Below, in pieces: positions 47,386 to 59,563 of a stretch of 64,000 nucleotides of DNA. Source of the DNA: Oikopleura dioica (Eukaryota > Animalia > Chordata); NCBI GenBank assembly GCA_907165135.1, contig OU015567.1:2294001-2358000 (forward strand), written 5' to 3'. Within the stretch, counting starts at the first letter, position 1. The number at the start of each line of letters is the position of its first letter. Position numbers and translations under genes: made by a program. The notes below the pieces were generated by a model that was not told the DNA's origin, did not search any database, and saw only the letters and a list, made by a program, of their open reading frames with translations.

Positions 47386-49835
47386 TTAGTCAATTTTCGC
47401 GCTTCTCTTTGAACTTTGCTGCTTGTTGATATTCACATCGAGCTCGATTTCGTCCTCATTAGCTGGGTAGCCCTTTGGATGGTAGTAGACGCCAGAGTAG
47501 ACGTTCAGCATGAGACCAACGAAAGCCCCGATGAACATGATGACAACCCATTGGATGATGTAGCTGATGTTGGCGCGGGAGAACTCTTCGAAGCCGAATT
47601 TGATTTGGACGAGCGTTTCAACAAGGACAGTCATGATGTACAGCTAGAGAACACGATGAAATGGAGAGTTGTAAGGAGATCTTACCCAGCAGTGATTCCC
47701 AAGCCGTTTGCATCGAGGATCCGTGACGTAGATGTACCACTGCTTGATGGCAGGCATTGAGCAGAGGCCCATGAAGAGAATTCGACCCCAACACATCCAA
47801 TTGTGTCCTGAAAATAAACGGTTAAGAGGTTTCTGATCGTTTTTAGGCTTTGATGGGCTCTGGTCATCGAGGTTTTTGAGGTTGAAAGAGTAAATAAAGA
47901 CATTATTTCGTGTTAGAAAACAGTTGTCGAACCTGGATATCTGAAAAAGTGCTTCGAAAAGAAGGTGTTGAGCTCTACAATCTGCCAGAGCATCATGATG
48001 ATAAACAAGGCAAGTGTTCTGCCGATCGGGTGGCGATAATTTCCATGGATCCAGTCCATTCTTCCCCACGATTCGGGCGTGAATTGAAGCAAGCAGCGTT
48101 TGAACTTTTTCTTCCGCGAGTCGATTTCGAGCACGCTCTCCCATCGGTAACGGCGTAGTTCGAGGAATTGGCCGACTATCATGCCGAGCCAAATGCCTCC
48201 GCCGTTGCAGACAACGACGTCGAGGATCCAGTGATCCCACCAGCATTCCTAAATTTTACTCTTTGAAGGATGTTGACTAATAATCAAAAGAAGCTAAAAC
48301 GACCCGACCGTTGGCCCCGCTACGACTGTTGCATGGATAAATGCATCCATTGAAAATGGCTAAGAAAAACTACAAAGAGTCTCGTAAGATCAAGTTTATG
48401 CTCTTCATCTGTGTTACTATCATTTCAACCAATTTTCATGCGCATCTAGAACAAATCTAAACTTTGGACGATTTCATTGCTGATTACTAAAAACATGGAT
48501 CTACATAAAATCGTAATAAATACATTTATTGCTACATAGCAATTTACCTTAAAATTTGGCAAAATATGCTGAAACATAACTTCGGTAATCTCCCACGTAA
48601 CTGAAATAGTCCAACAAATTCCATAGTTCCTAAAACAAGCGTGAACGATCGCCCCAACCAAAATACTACCGAATCATAAGCGCCTTCATTCCCCATCCCC
48701 AGAAATGAGCGAAAGCGAAAATGTCTAATGAGGCCCAAATCGTCTCCAAAGTAACGTTTGAGCAGTCCTCAGCGTAAGCTTCGACCATGTCGATTTCCCG
48801 CTTGGCATCTTTTAACGAGGGGTCGATGAAGATCATTGCTCGGCGAACTAGAATTCTTTTATTAACATGTAATACTAAATTTTCTTACTTTGAGACATGC
48901 TGCAGAAGAGCATAAAAACAAGCGCCAGCATATAGCAAAATAGCGCCCCAAAGACGATTCGCCAAAGAATCGGATGCGGCCGGGTAAAGGGCCCGTTTGG
49001 GAAGAGCATGATCGAAATCGGTACTCCAACGACCAAAGCGCATGTTATCAGCCCGTGGAAGATGTTCGATTCTTCATTCTCGTCCGAACGGGTAAGGCAG
49101 ATGTACCCAAGGCTCACCTAAAGAACAATTTTTATTCACAAGGAACAGCTTCTTGGGAGGATTATTTCTCGAAGCCGCAACGCGGCTTTTCATTCTTCGG
49201 AGTCCGAATTTCGACCCTGACTCAAATTTGCACACAGACAGAGCCGAGCTAGAAGCTTATAATAGCCTTATCCGAACTTACGCCAATTAAAAGGGTTGAC
49301 AAAACGGTGCTTTGCGCAGAAATAATCTCTGCCACATCATTTTTACTTTCTCTCGACTCTGCTTCTTCCATATGAGAAGAAGTTTAGACAGGAATTAATT
49401 GATTAATTATATATATGGTCAATTATCTTTCATATGAGCGCTTGCTGATCAAACTATGAGCTGATCAGAAGAAAGCGCCCTGGGAGAGGCAGCTTTTCGC
49501 TTATGAGGAGAAAATGCGACAACTGTCAAAATATGGGTCTGTCTGAGATGAAAAAATAAGATCGAAAGTGAAAGTGATTCTAGAGACCTTCGATTTCGAT
49601 CTTTGATTGTCTAGTTTTGCATTTTTTACAAGTTGACCTTTGACAGTTTTGTGAGATCGTCTGGTCGAAACAGGAATTATGGCCTCATTTTTGATCACCA
49701 TTTACTTACAGCGATAAGCAGAAGAAATGTGACAGTGTGCGGCTCGTAGAATGCGTTGATGGTGATGTCCTGGACCTTCTTTTCCGAGGGAGTCTCATTT
49801 TGCGACCCCCGTTTCAGGGGCCGGTTTGGACTCAT
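47386..49835 (-). CDS. PTDSS1: Phosphatidylserine synthase 1
   Basis: VQDITINAFYEPHTV, FPNGPFTRPHPILWRIVFG, CWTISVTWEITE multi-pass motifs. Confidence 0.9.
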
Positions 49836-50207
49836 TGTCCTCTGAAAGAATATGGAGATGAGTAACAGTTGCTTGAGTTCAAGGAGGGAAACTGAGTTGA
49901 AGTAAAATTGAAAGATTCTAGTGTTGGAAAAGGTCGTGAACTGAATTGAGTACAATATCTGGTTGAACTGTTGAGTTATCAAGGTCAAAAAATGGGGTTT
50001 TTCCCGGCAAAAAAGCACAATTTCAAAGCAGCTTTTTTTCAACATGTTCATAGTGACGCCCTTATTTGATCGTATCAAAAGATAGTTAAGACACTCTGGA
50101 TTGCCCTAACTTTACTTTGATAGAATAAAAAAAGGGTGTCTCCTGGTAATTTATAAAAAAAAAAGATTTCGTCGTTTTGCGAAGAAAATAAGCAGTAGTA
50201 CTACTAC

Positions 50208-51880
50208 TCAGAATTCTTCTAAAACGGCGATTAACTGGTCTGATCCGCGGCAGATCGCCTTTTAGAAAGATCAAAAATGAGAGCCGAAAAACCCGATTCC
50301 TTCTCTCTGCGAGTGGCCGGTGAGCACGAGCGCGGTATAAAAGTTTGCGTTTTTGCCGAATTTAATATCAGTTTCAAGATTATCGCCGATCATCAGAGTC
50401 GATTCGGGGGCGAGGGACTTTAGCGGCTCAAAGTCGCAGCCGAAAGTGTTCGGTTTCCCAAGTGTTATCTCACATTTCGATGCAGAACAGGTCCCGATCA
50501 TCGCTACACAGGGCCCGACGTCGGGGATCAGCAGGTTACTTACAAAGCAGGTTCAATTTAGCGCTTTTTTGGGAAAGAAAAGGGAGCGGTCGCACTTTCT
50601 TGGTCTGATGTTACAGCTACCAGTCGTGGATACTGGACTTAAAGTCGGTATTCAAACCTTTTTTTACGCCGAAATCGGCTAAATTTCGAACCAAAAAGTT
50701 AACATTTTGATTGGCTAAAAATTTGAATTCAAAATTTTCAAAAAACCTTTTTTCCTGATTTTTCTCTATCTTTTCTTTTCTTAGAGATTAACTGATAGCG
50801 ATAAAACCGCCATCATAGGAAGATATAAATTCTAAGTTGTGAGAAAATGCGTATAACTACTCGTAAAAAACACCCTATTAACGAGTCTTTGAACCTTTTC
50901 TTTGAGATGCAAAACCGAGTCCAAGTTCGTCGCCATAAAAACGGCTCCTCTTTTGACATATTCCGCCGCTTTGACAATCTTGTCTAGCGTCACATCTCTA
51001 TCGAAACTGACGAGCACGTGACTGACATCTTCGTCAATTTCTATTCTTTCTAATTCGTCAAAGCTGGGCAGCTGGAAGGCTCGATCATCGAAAAGAACGC
51101 TTTTCTCGTTTCTCAAAAAGAGAAAATTAAAAAAAAAATAAATTATTCTAAAATGGGGCCATAATTAGTGGCCCGGGGTCGAAGTCCATTTTCAAATTGA
51201 AGCTATTTTTATTACAGGAAGTTGTATATTTCGAAATACGACAAGAAACAACTTGCACAATCCACATTTTTCTCGCTTGGATACCCTTATTTTCAAAAAA
51301 CGAGCCTGATATTGACTGCCTCCAATTCTTCCTTCAAACATTTTGGTCCAAGAAAATAAACTTTCTTCCCCCTCTTCAGATTCTTCTCAAAGAACTTTTG
51401 CGCTAGAAAACTTGGACATATCACTTCTGATTCTTCAGCACTCTTATGCGGCTCTAAAATTATGCAGGAGAAATGAGAAGTTTCTCTTTCTCCTTCAAGT
51501 TTCTTAAAAATGTCATGAGCCGGTCCCTAAAGCCAAGAGATTTCAACTTGCCAGCATATTCCGCTCGCGTTTTCAAAGCATTGTTCGTGAAGAAAATGAT
51601 TCTTTCGTTTCTCGTTCTCAAATCTTTCTCTCAAAAAGAGGATAGAATTGAAGAATTTTCTCAATAGTAGAGTTTCAAATCGATCGTCGAACGGTGCCTG
51701 ACTCCGCGCCTCCTTAATTCGGCCACGGTATCGATGGCTCCCGGGAGAACAGTAGACGATTTCCATAAAACCCCATCGCAATCGAAAATCACTGTTTTTA
51801 TCTGAAATTTCTTTGGAAAAAGATAGCGACTTAACATTTCAAAAACTAACACAAACGTCAAAAGAAGAGGACTCACTCAT
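50208..51880 (-). CDS. PGP: HAD class IIA phosphatase (phosphoglycolate/pyridoxal phosphatase family); ends approximate
   Basis: IFDCDGVLW, FMATNLD, TLGKPN, LMIGDNLETDIKFG, LVLTG motifs. Confidence 0.85.
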
Positions 51881-52147
51881 AATACAAAAAAAACGCTTCC
51901 TGTTTTAATTTAGATCTACTGTTTTAGTTAAAAAAAACTAAAAAATGCTAGACACATAAATGCAGCAAATCAATTCACAGTCAGATTTCATGCAAAACAC
52001 AGATGCAATTACTCTTGACACAAAATTGTCAACCTGAGACAGAGAGAGAACCATTACTGTATATTTTTAATCTGAACCTAAACGATCATTTTAATAACAA
52101 GTAATCAAGAAGCAAAAAAATTAATTGGTTTTTTTGCAGAAACGGAA

Positions 52148-55100
52148 TTAAAAGTTATCCTTCATTTGTCGCGTCTTTCCAATCACTTCGACGTCTGTTT
52201 TTCCTCCAGTAGCAGTTTTAAGGGCTTCCTCGCGATATCTCAAAAATGGATTGATTTTCTTTTCATCCCCGAATGTCGATGGGGTCGTTGGTTCTATTTC
52301 ATCGGTTGGAAAATACTCCAAAGTCGATTTATTTTGAATTGCAAAAAATGACAAACGTCGAATCGGGGAATCAAGTGTATCCGATTTTACTTTCTGTCTC
52401 GCGCTCTTGGGTTAAGCCCTTGACGATAGTGTTTCGGATTGACCTAGGCCAGCGGCGGCTTGAACTCAGCCTTAGCGGGGCTTAGCAATTCACGTTCTTT
52501 CTATTCGAAATTGAGTAGTCAGAATTCAAGCCTTGGCAACTTTCATCAGCATCTTTTTCAATATTTGATGTTTGAAATTGAATACAATACAACTAGAAGA
52601 AACACGAAATAGTTAACAATCTCGCCTTCTAAGGCAAGACACGGCGAGGCTAATCTGCTCATGACGATTTGTTCTGATCAAATATCTTTGAAATAATATG
52701 GAACCAAAGCTGATGAATTTTCCCTTTTCAAAGTAACCCTACAAAATTATAAATACAGCGAGATGTTGGGTCCATTCCATATTCTGTTCAAAATCCGGGT
52801 ATGGCAAGTCGAATGAAAATATATTAATCAAATTTAAATAGATACAAGCATTAATAGTTTTCTATAAAATTGGCTATCATAACATTGCTATAACAGTGTT
52901 AATATATTTTCATTCGACTTGCCATACCCGGATTTTGAACAGAATATGGAATGGACCCAACATCTCGCTGTATTTATAATTTTGTATGGTTACTTTGAAA
53001 AGGGAAAATTAATCTGCTTTGGTTCCATATTATTTCGAAGATATTTGATCAGAACGAATCTCGTCCAAGTCAAGGGTTGGCAATTAGGAGTCTCCTCGAT
53101 CGAGGTAAATTGATGAAACCCGATGAAAGCAGGCCAATTGTCGTCGATCCCCAGGCTGGGACCCCTATCAATAAAAAAAATGTAAATTGATCCACTGCTG
53201 TTTATGCTTGCCTAAATCTACGATTAATACTCGTGAAATTTCATGATCATTGAAAACGTTTTCGCGCGAGCATTCGTGCGAATCCGCTGGTCTTGACATT
53301 AACTCCACCTAGTGCCTTGGCTCTCGAAAGATCCCAGCGTAATCCGAGCGCCCTCTCTCCTTTCACGATGCCGTATTTAACGCAGAATACGCCGCTCAGA
53401 AATCATACTACTCGAACCAACAAATTCGAGTTTTATAAAAAAAAGCTAGAAAATGAAACTTGTTGCTGGTCTCGTCGCCTTGGCTGTAAGTGATTTTTCA
53501 GAGAAGATTGATTCGAGAAGCAAAATAAAGATACCCGGACTTTCGAATAATAAATTTTCTTTAGTCGGCCAAAGAAGTTGTCACCGAGTTCTGCGGGGCT
53601 GACCTTAACGCCGCCTACGACACAACTGGTCTCGAAATCAACTATGTGTAAGTCTAAAACCCTTTATTTAAGGGAGTAGTTCTCAGTAATGTGAACTTTC
53701 TATGGGATTTTTTCCTTCGAAATTATGGCTACTGATAAGATCCTTTGATATTGATAGAAATTTTAAAAGATCCATTTCAGTTTGACAAAGAGAAAGACCT
53801 GGGACAACCGAGACCCTGAGAAGATCCAAAAGAAGCCACGAGGACCCTCTCACTGGCGAGATGTCGTCCGAGTTGAGTGTGCCGCTCAGGGCCGAGCTCG
53901 ACCACAGAACCTCAATCCCCAGGGTGGTTATCCAGTCCAAAAGGTAAAACAACTACCTTATATTTTCACTCACTAACTATTTTCTGAAGGCTGCTCCAAT
54001 GGTCAAATGCACCCGAAAAGGACCAAGCGGATCGCAAAAGCTCAAGCCCAACTCCCGACGATACGCCCGATCAAAGATCCTCCAGTGGTACCAGGCAACC
54101 TGTATGTAAAATGTCAAGATGAAAGAAAACAACAATATAACCAAATGACCAAATGAAAAATTATATATACGTATATTGATGTTTCATAAAAAATAAATTG
54201 AATACAAAACAAAAACCACTCCTTTCTTTCAGAAAAATACAACCCATATGTACATTCTTCATTGCCTTCAGCAGGAAATTAAACCTCTTGAACTCAAATT
54301 AAAGAGTAGATTCAGATAAAAGACGCATCAAGGCAGAGTTACCGGAGTTAACCTCTTACCCCCTCTCGCGTTCAAATGAGAGTCGAAGTCGTATCACTAA
54401 CGGGTTAATCCCCCACCGATTAGCTAATCAGAGTATAAAACCGCTTGCATATACACATTTTCGGTAAACGAAGAAACTTGTCTTCGAAAAAAGAAAGCGA
54501 TGAAGTTTTTCGCAGGACTCGTTCTTGCTGCGCAAGCAAGTACCAATATTGCACTTGGCACGCTTGTTGACAACTGGTGCGGATTCGACCTCCACGATTT
54601 TTACGAGACTACAGGACTTGCTCTTGAATACCGGTAAGGGGAAACTAGAGAATTCCGCCAAAAGAGAACATTTTTGTTATGATTTTATAGGAAAAGGAAT
54701 GACATATGATATTTAAATTTCCAACAAGGAAAATGAGGGAAAACTTTGAAAACTCTTGAACGAAACTTCGAGATCTTGCTCGATATTGAGACCCCCCTTT
54801 GAACCTATCGTATTAAGAGTGAAGCCCCGAAAGACCTGGGAAAACCGAGACGAGGAGAAGATCGCCAAGCGACCACGAGGGCCATCCCACTACCGAGACG
54901 TCGTCCGAGTCAACTGCGCTGTCAACACCCGTGGCGGCAGCAACCACGAGAACTTCACTCCACTTGGTGGTTACCCAACCCAAAAGATCGCCCCAATGGT
55001 CAAGTGCACCCGAAAGGGGCCAAACGGCACCCAGAAGCTCAAGCCCAACGCTCGAAGATGGAGAGGAAACAAAATCGTCGACTGGTATCAGAAAAACTGC

Positions 55101-57059
55101 TTGTAACTCATCCTTTTACTTTCTACCTAATAAATATAGCCCTCAAAAAGTGCTCTTTATTCTCGTGAAGTCAGTTGTAAAACTCAAAAAGGAACACGTG
55201 AGCCGGAATAGTTAACTGGTCTTTGCTAATCCAGTGACACCGTAATTTAAGAGCTCAGGGAAAATGCAGGTGAAAGCACTTCTAATTTAGACTAATCCCC
55301 AGAACCTCTCGGTTTTCCAACGGGAATATAAAAAGCCATACGCGGCGGTTTCAGGAACTAAATCATCATCAGTCCGGGAAATATTCAGGACAGAGAAATA
55401 TCAAAAAAAAAATGAAACTTGCTTTTGGTCTTTTTGCATTTTCCGTAAGTCTTTAAAAACAGGCAAAGATATGGCTGATATTCTTAATTTCAGGCTGCTG
55501 AAGTCATCACTTCCTGGTGCGGAGAAGATGATTTGAACGCATATTACAACACAACAGGACTCGATATTGAGTACTAGTAAGTCTGAAAGCAGAATATCTC
55601 CAACTATGAGCGTTTTCCTAAATAAAATCCTCTTAGCATGTCCAAAAGAAAGACCTGGGCAAACAGAGACCCCGAAAAGGTCCAACAACGACCAAAAACC
55701 CCTGCTCATTACAGAGACGTCGTCAAGGTCCGATGCGGTGCTCAAGCTCGACGAGGCTACAATTCTGAACCTCTTGGATCCTGGCCCGTTCGAAAGGTTC
55801 TTTCAGTAAACACCTAGCTTCTACTAACAACTGTTTACTAGCAATCACCAATGATCAAATGCACCCGAAAAGGACCCGGTGGTGTTCAAAAACTCAAACC
55901 CAATGGTCGACGATTCTTCCAGTCCAAGGTTCAACTCTGGTTCCAGCAGACCTGTGCTTAAAATATTCTCCTCTGATGGGATTCTGGTATTTCTCTCTGT
56001 TCAAAACAAATAAGAATAAAACATCAAATTTTTAACCGATTGCCTGAGATTTCTCGAAGATCGGACACTTCCTTCTGTCGCGCCTTGAGATCTTCGTTTG
56101 ATGGATCGACAGATAGAGCGAATCGGATGTTTGAGGCGGAATATTCATGCGCAAAGTACATTTTGTCATCATCGGAAACAGAGGAGAGTATATGTTCGAC
56201 TGTAGTTAACAGTTCTTCGGGCGTTCCTAAAAGAATGGTTCAAGATTTTTCACGTAGATAGAGGAGATGATTCCACTTATTTCGTAGTTAATCATGGTCA
56301 AAAAGGATTATTGATACCCAAAAACTTGAGTTTACTGAAGTTACTGAAGTAAACCTGTTTTTCAAATCCGCTCACCTTCAAATAATCGTCCACAACCAGC
56401 ATTAAACAACGTATCTCCGACAAAAACAGCCGCTTCACCACTGCTTGACTGGACAATGTACGTACTAAATTCTTTTTCTATCTTCTATGCGGAGTAGTTA
56501 TTTACCTATGGCCCGTTGTATGACAGGGAGTATGAAGAACTTTAACATCCAATCCACAAACGGACAAGTCCTGAACCGCTTTCTTCTCCAATTGATTAGT
56601 TATTCCGTGAATTCTTTCGTCCAAGCCAAAAACTTCTAGCTGTGGATAAAGTCGCTTCAGTGGAATGTTCCCTCCATCGTGATCAGCGTGATGGTGGGTG
56701 CAGAGGATTGTCTCAAGAGAAGTTCCGAGGCCGATGGTTTCGTGGGCGATTCGTTTGTGATCGACGGGGTCGATGGCGAAGGCTCGTTTCGAATTGACTG
56801 GCTTCACGAGGTACATGAAGTTGTCGCTAGAAAGATTGATTAGGCCCTTCCTTCTTATAGGAAAGAACCTGAGTGAGGGAACAATAGTGACAGTAAAGTC
56901 GCCATGATCGACAGTCTTGACTTTCGAGTGACCCTTGATCATATCTGTACTGCTTCGACGACTCATTCTATACTGACTCGTCACCCGTAGAAAGGAATTG
57001 GCGACGTCGGAGGCGCCGAACGTTTGAACTGCTTTGTTGCGCAAAAAGCTGATTATCAT
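52148..57059 (-). CDS. PNKD: Hydroxyacylglutathione hydrolase family metallo-beta-lactamase, PNKD-like
   Basis: KGHSK N-terminal motif (PNKD-like), SDNFMYL, LCTHHHADHDGGN, TPCHTTGH, GDTLFNAGCGRLFEG, AHEY, and last exon EPTTPSTFGDEKKINPFLR at 52148-52293 after a 3750-nt GC-AG intron. PNKD versus HAGH orthology is tentative. Confidence 0.85.
52666..53060. repeat. Long near-perfect palindrome (MITE-like), 162-bp arms
   Basis: 52666-52827 is the reverse complement of 52899-53060 with a few mismatches; 71-bp loop. Confidence 0.85.
53453..54109 (+). CDS. Small secreted basic 4-Cys protein, paralogue A (family not recognised)
   Basis: 4 exons: MKLVAGLVALASAKEVVTEFCGADLNAAYDTTGLEINYVLTKRKTWDNRDPEKIQKKPRGPSHWRDVVRVECAAQG...PMVKCTRKGPSGSQKLKPNSRRYARSKILQWYQATCM*. 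Confidence 0.85.
54500..55106 (+). CDS. Small secreted basic 4-Cys protein, paralogue B
   Basis: 2 exons: MKFFAGLVLAAQA...WCGFDLHDFYETTGL...RKTWENRDEEKIAKRPRGPSHYRDVVRVNC...PMVKCTRKGPNGTQKLKPNARRWRGNKIVDWYQKNCL*. Confidence 0.85.
55412..55961 (+). CDS. Small secreted basic 4-Cys protein, paralogue C
   Basis: 4 exons: MKLAFGLFAFSAAEVITSWCGEDDLNAYYNTTGL...RKTWANRDPEKVQQRPKTPAHYRDVVKVRC...PMIKCTRKGPGGVQKLKPNGRRFFQSKVQLWFQQTCA*. Confidence 0.85.
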
Positions 57060-57154
57060 TTTACAACTCGATTTTTACTGCCGATTTCTTAAATTCTCCA
57101 TTTGTTTGTTTTTCAGGAACAGGCAGTTGGGATTTATTTAAAAGGATGATTCTA

Positions 57155-58398
57155 TCAAAAAGGCGCAGGAGGGGGTAAGCAATCAGAACTATCCTCATTG
57201 TAAGTGCATAAAAGTGAATCTACTCTTCGACAATCATCAGATTCGACAGAAACTAGAGCAGCGTTCACAATCGCGCCCAAAGAATCGCCCTGGCCGAGAT
57301 CTCCAACGAGAGGAGAGGCAAGTTCTGCGGAAAATTCATCTTCTACTTCCACTGAGCCTTTTTTCTCGATCTTCTGCTTCTTAAAATTGGGTTAAAATTG
57401 CAATTTGAAGAGACCGGACGAACCTTTGATTTTCGCATGGGACTTCCTTCAAGATGAATTCGATGAATGCTGTGCTCGGCGTGAATTTCGTCCCACAACG
57501 CTGATTCGTCCCTGAAAATCGGCGACCCTGGCTTCTCACTCTCCTCCTCTTGGCCGGTCACGAGTTCTTCTCTGTACCAATCATACAGTCCCTCGACTCC
57601 CTTCCCTTTTTCTGGCACAATACCTATCTTTTCAACAGTCTTGTCCAAAATCGTCATGAAATCTTCTTTCTCCAGCGGACTTTTGCGTATTCTAGCGATT
57701 TTTTCACGAATTCTTTTGGCACTTTCGCCGAAGTTGTTGAGAAAGAGCTTCGTAAGATCGACAAGAAGGTCAACTGCGTCTTTGTGGACTTCTTCAAAGC
57801 CCTGCGCGCGGGCGAGAAGCTTGATCGAGTAGAAAAGGGCAGCGTCAGAGCTTTTTTCGTCGAGATAAAGGCTCTTTTAGGGGATGAAAATGACTGATTA
57901 CATAATTTTCAAATGAAAAAGACAAAAAAAGCCCTAATTGATGCTCTTGGCTAGGCCTACGCGCTTTTACTTTCAGACTGTGATTCAGGTTTTCTATACA
58001 GTTTGCCGAGCGCAGATGCCGCTTGTACGAGACTTTTGTATCCCTAACTCTTGGACAATTTCTTCTAATTCAGACTTTTCTTCGGTGTCATTTTTCTTCT
58101 GATTCTGAAAAATCTCATCACGGCTGAATCGCTGAAAGTACTGATCCAATGAACTTTCTTTCGACAAATTTGGAACAGTGTTTTCTTCGTCTTCTTCATC
58201 GTCTTTTTCTTTCTTTGGGAATCTAAGTTGTTTTCTCATGAAGCGGCAGGAGACCGGTGGAAAAGAAGAGGTCTGAGGAGAACGGGTAGAAATGATGGTT
58301 TCTTTTTGTGGAGAGACTTCGCGGAACTTCGCAGGAATGAGGATTATTGGGACGGGAACGCGCTCGTCAGAGGGTGGTAGTTCTCCCCAATACGGCAT
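57155..58398 (-). CDS. SUPT7L: STAGA complex subunit SUPT7L (STAF65gamma)-like; apparent 1-nt deletion in the A-run near 57682
   Basis: N-terminal PYWGELP...LIPAKFREV; bromodomain-associated histone fold LFYSIKLLARAQGFEEVHKDAVDLLVDLTKLFL...FMTILDKTVEKIGI. Confidence 0.75.
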
Positions 58399-58689
58399 TT
58401 CTGAATGTTAAAAAGTATTTTTACTGTCTACCAGAAACCCTTTGTGAGATTTTTATTCAAGAAATTACAATTTTTAAGGAAATTCAGTTATTATGAATCT
58501 TCAGACTGAAGACTTCAGTATTATGTAAGATGAAATTAAAAAACTTTTTGCAGGGAAAAAAATGACTTCCTCCTTTTTTGGGCTCATAAAAAAGCCCGTA
58601 AAATTTTGAGTCGAGTGGTCAAGATTTGGCTCAGAAATATAAGTCGATCACGTCACAGGTGACGCTAGAAGATGGCGAAAATGGCCATT

Positions 58690-58960
58690 TTGGGCAAACT
58701 TTGAGTCACTTTTTGAGCGACTTTCTGATGGAATTTTTCGATGTTAGATAGCTCAAACGAAAGCTTATCAAAAACTGAAGGTTCATTTTTGAGGGTTTTC
58801 ATTTTCGATGAAATTTTTTTTTCGAAAAATTCTAGAGCCAACTTTTTATTATTTTTTTAAAAAATTCGTCAAAATGTACCTTCAATTTTTCCTGAGCTTT
58901 TATTTGAGCTATTGAACACTGAAAATTTCTAACGGAAAGCCTGTTAAAAGTCGACTCAAG
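58690..58960. repeat. Degenerate inverted repeat (old MITE)
   Basis: Imperfect arms, e.g. ATAGCTCAAACGAAAGCTT...CTGAAGG (about 58749-58782) versus CCTTCA...TTTGAGCTAT (about 58879-58912). Confidence 0.45.
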
Positions 58961-59563
58961 GTTTAGCCTTTTTAGAACCTTCTGACGTCATTTGTGACGT
59001 CATGCTCTAGAAAATACCCACATAAATAAGGAATTTTCTACTCAGTTTTTCACGCTCTTTCTGATGAGCATAAAAACGGATAGTGTGATTTTTTCTGCTG
59101 CAAAAAGTTTTTTAATTTCATCTAAGTTATATAAAATATATTAATATTATTATCATAATATATTATATTAATATACTCATATTAACTAGTTATAAAATAT
59201 AACTAGTAGTCATTCTAATTATTTTTCAGAAGAATTCAATAATAGACTCTCATGATTCATAAACAGTCGGATGATAGATATAAATGACTTTTGCGGAGAT
59301 AAATCGTGACCTCCATCGTGCTAAAGGGAGCTAGAAGTAAAGTTTCTTCATTTCATCTCTAATTCATCAATTATTTTTTTTCATTTGTTTTCCTTGAGAT
59401 AGAATTTTAAGTCACATCTAATTGGCGCGCCTTTTTGGAAGACTCGCGCTGCTGGAAGCTCTTCACATTTCATTTCTCTGCTTCAAGAACTGATCTCAGC
59501 GTATTGTTTTTAATTTCTCATTTATGTGTTTTATTTAGATAGTGTTTATTAAATCACAAGAGT

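Noticed and set aside
17815-57684. Programmed frameshifting at about 17830, 45165 and 57682
   Set aside because: Two of the three fall in short homopolymers and no slippery-site plus pseudoknot pattern is seen. Consensus indel errors or null alleles are more likely; read data are needed.
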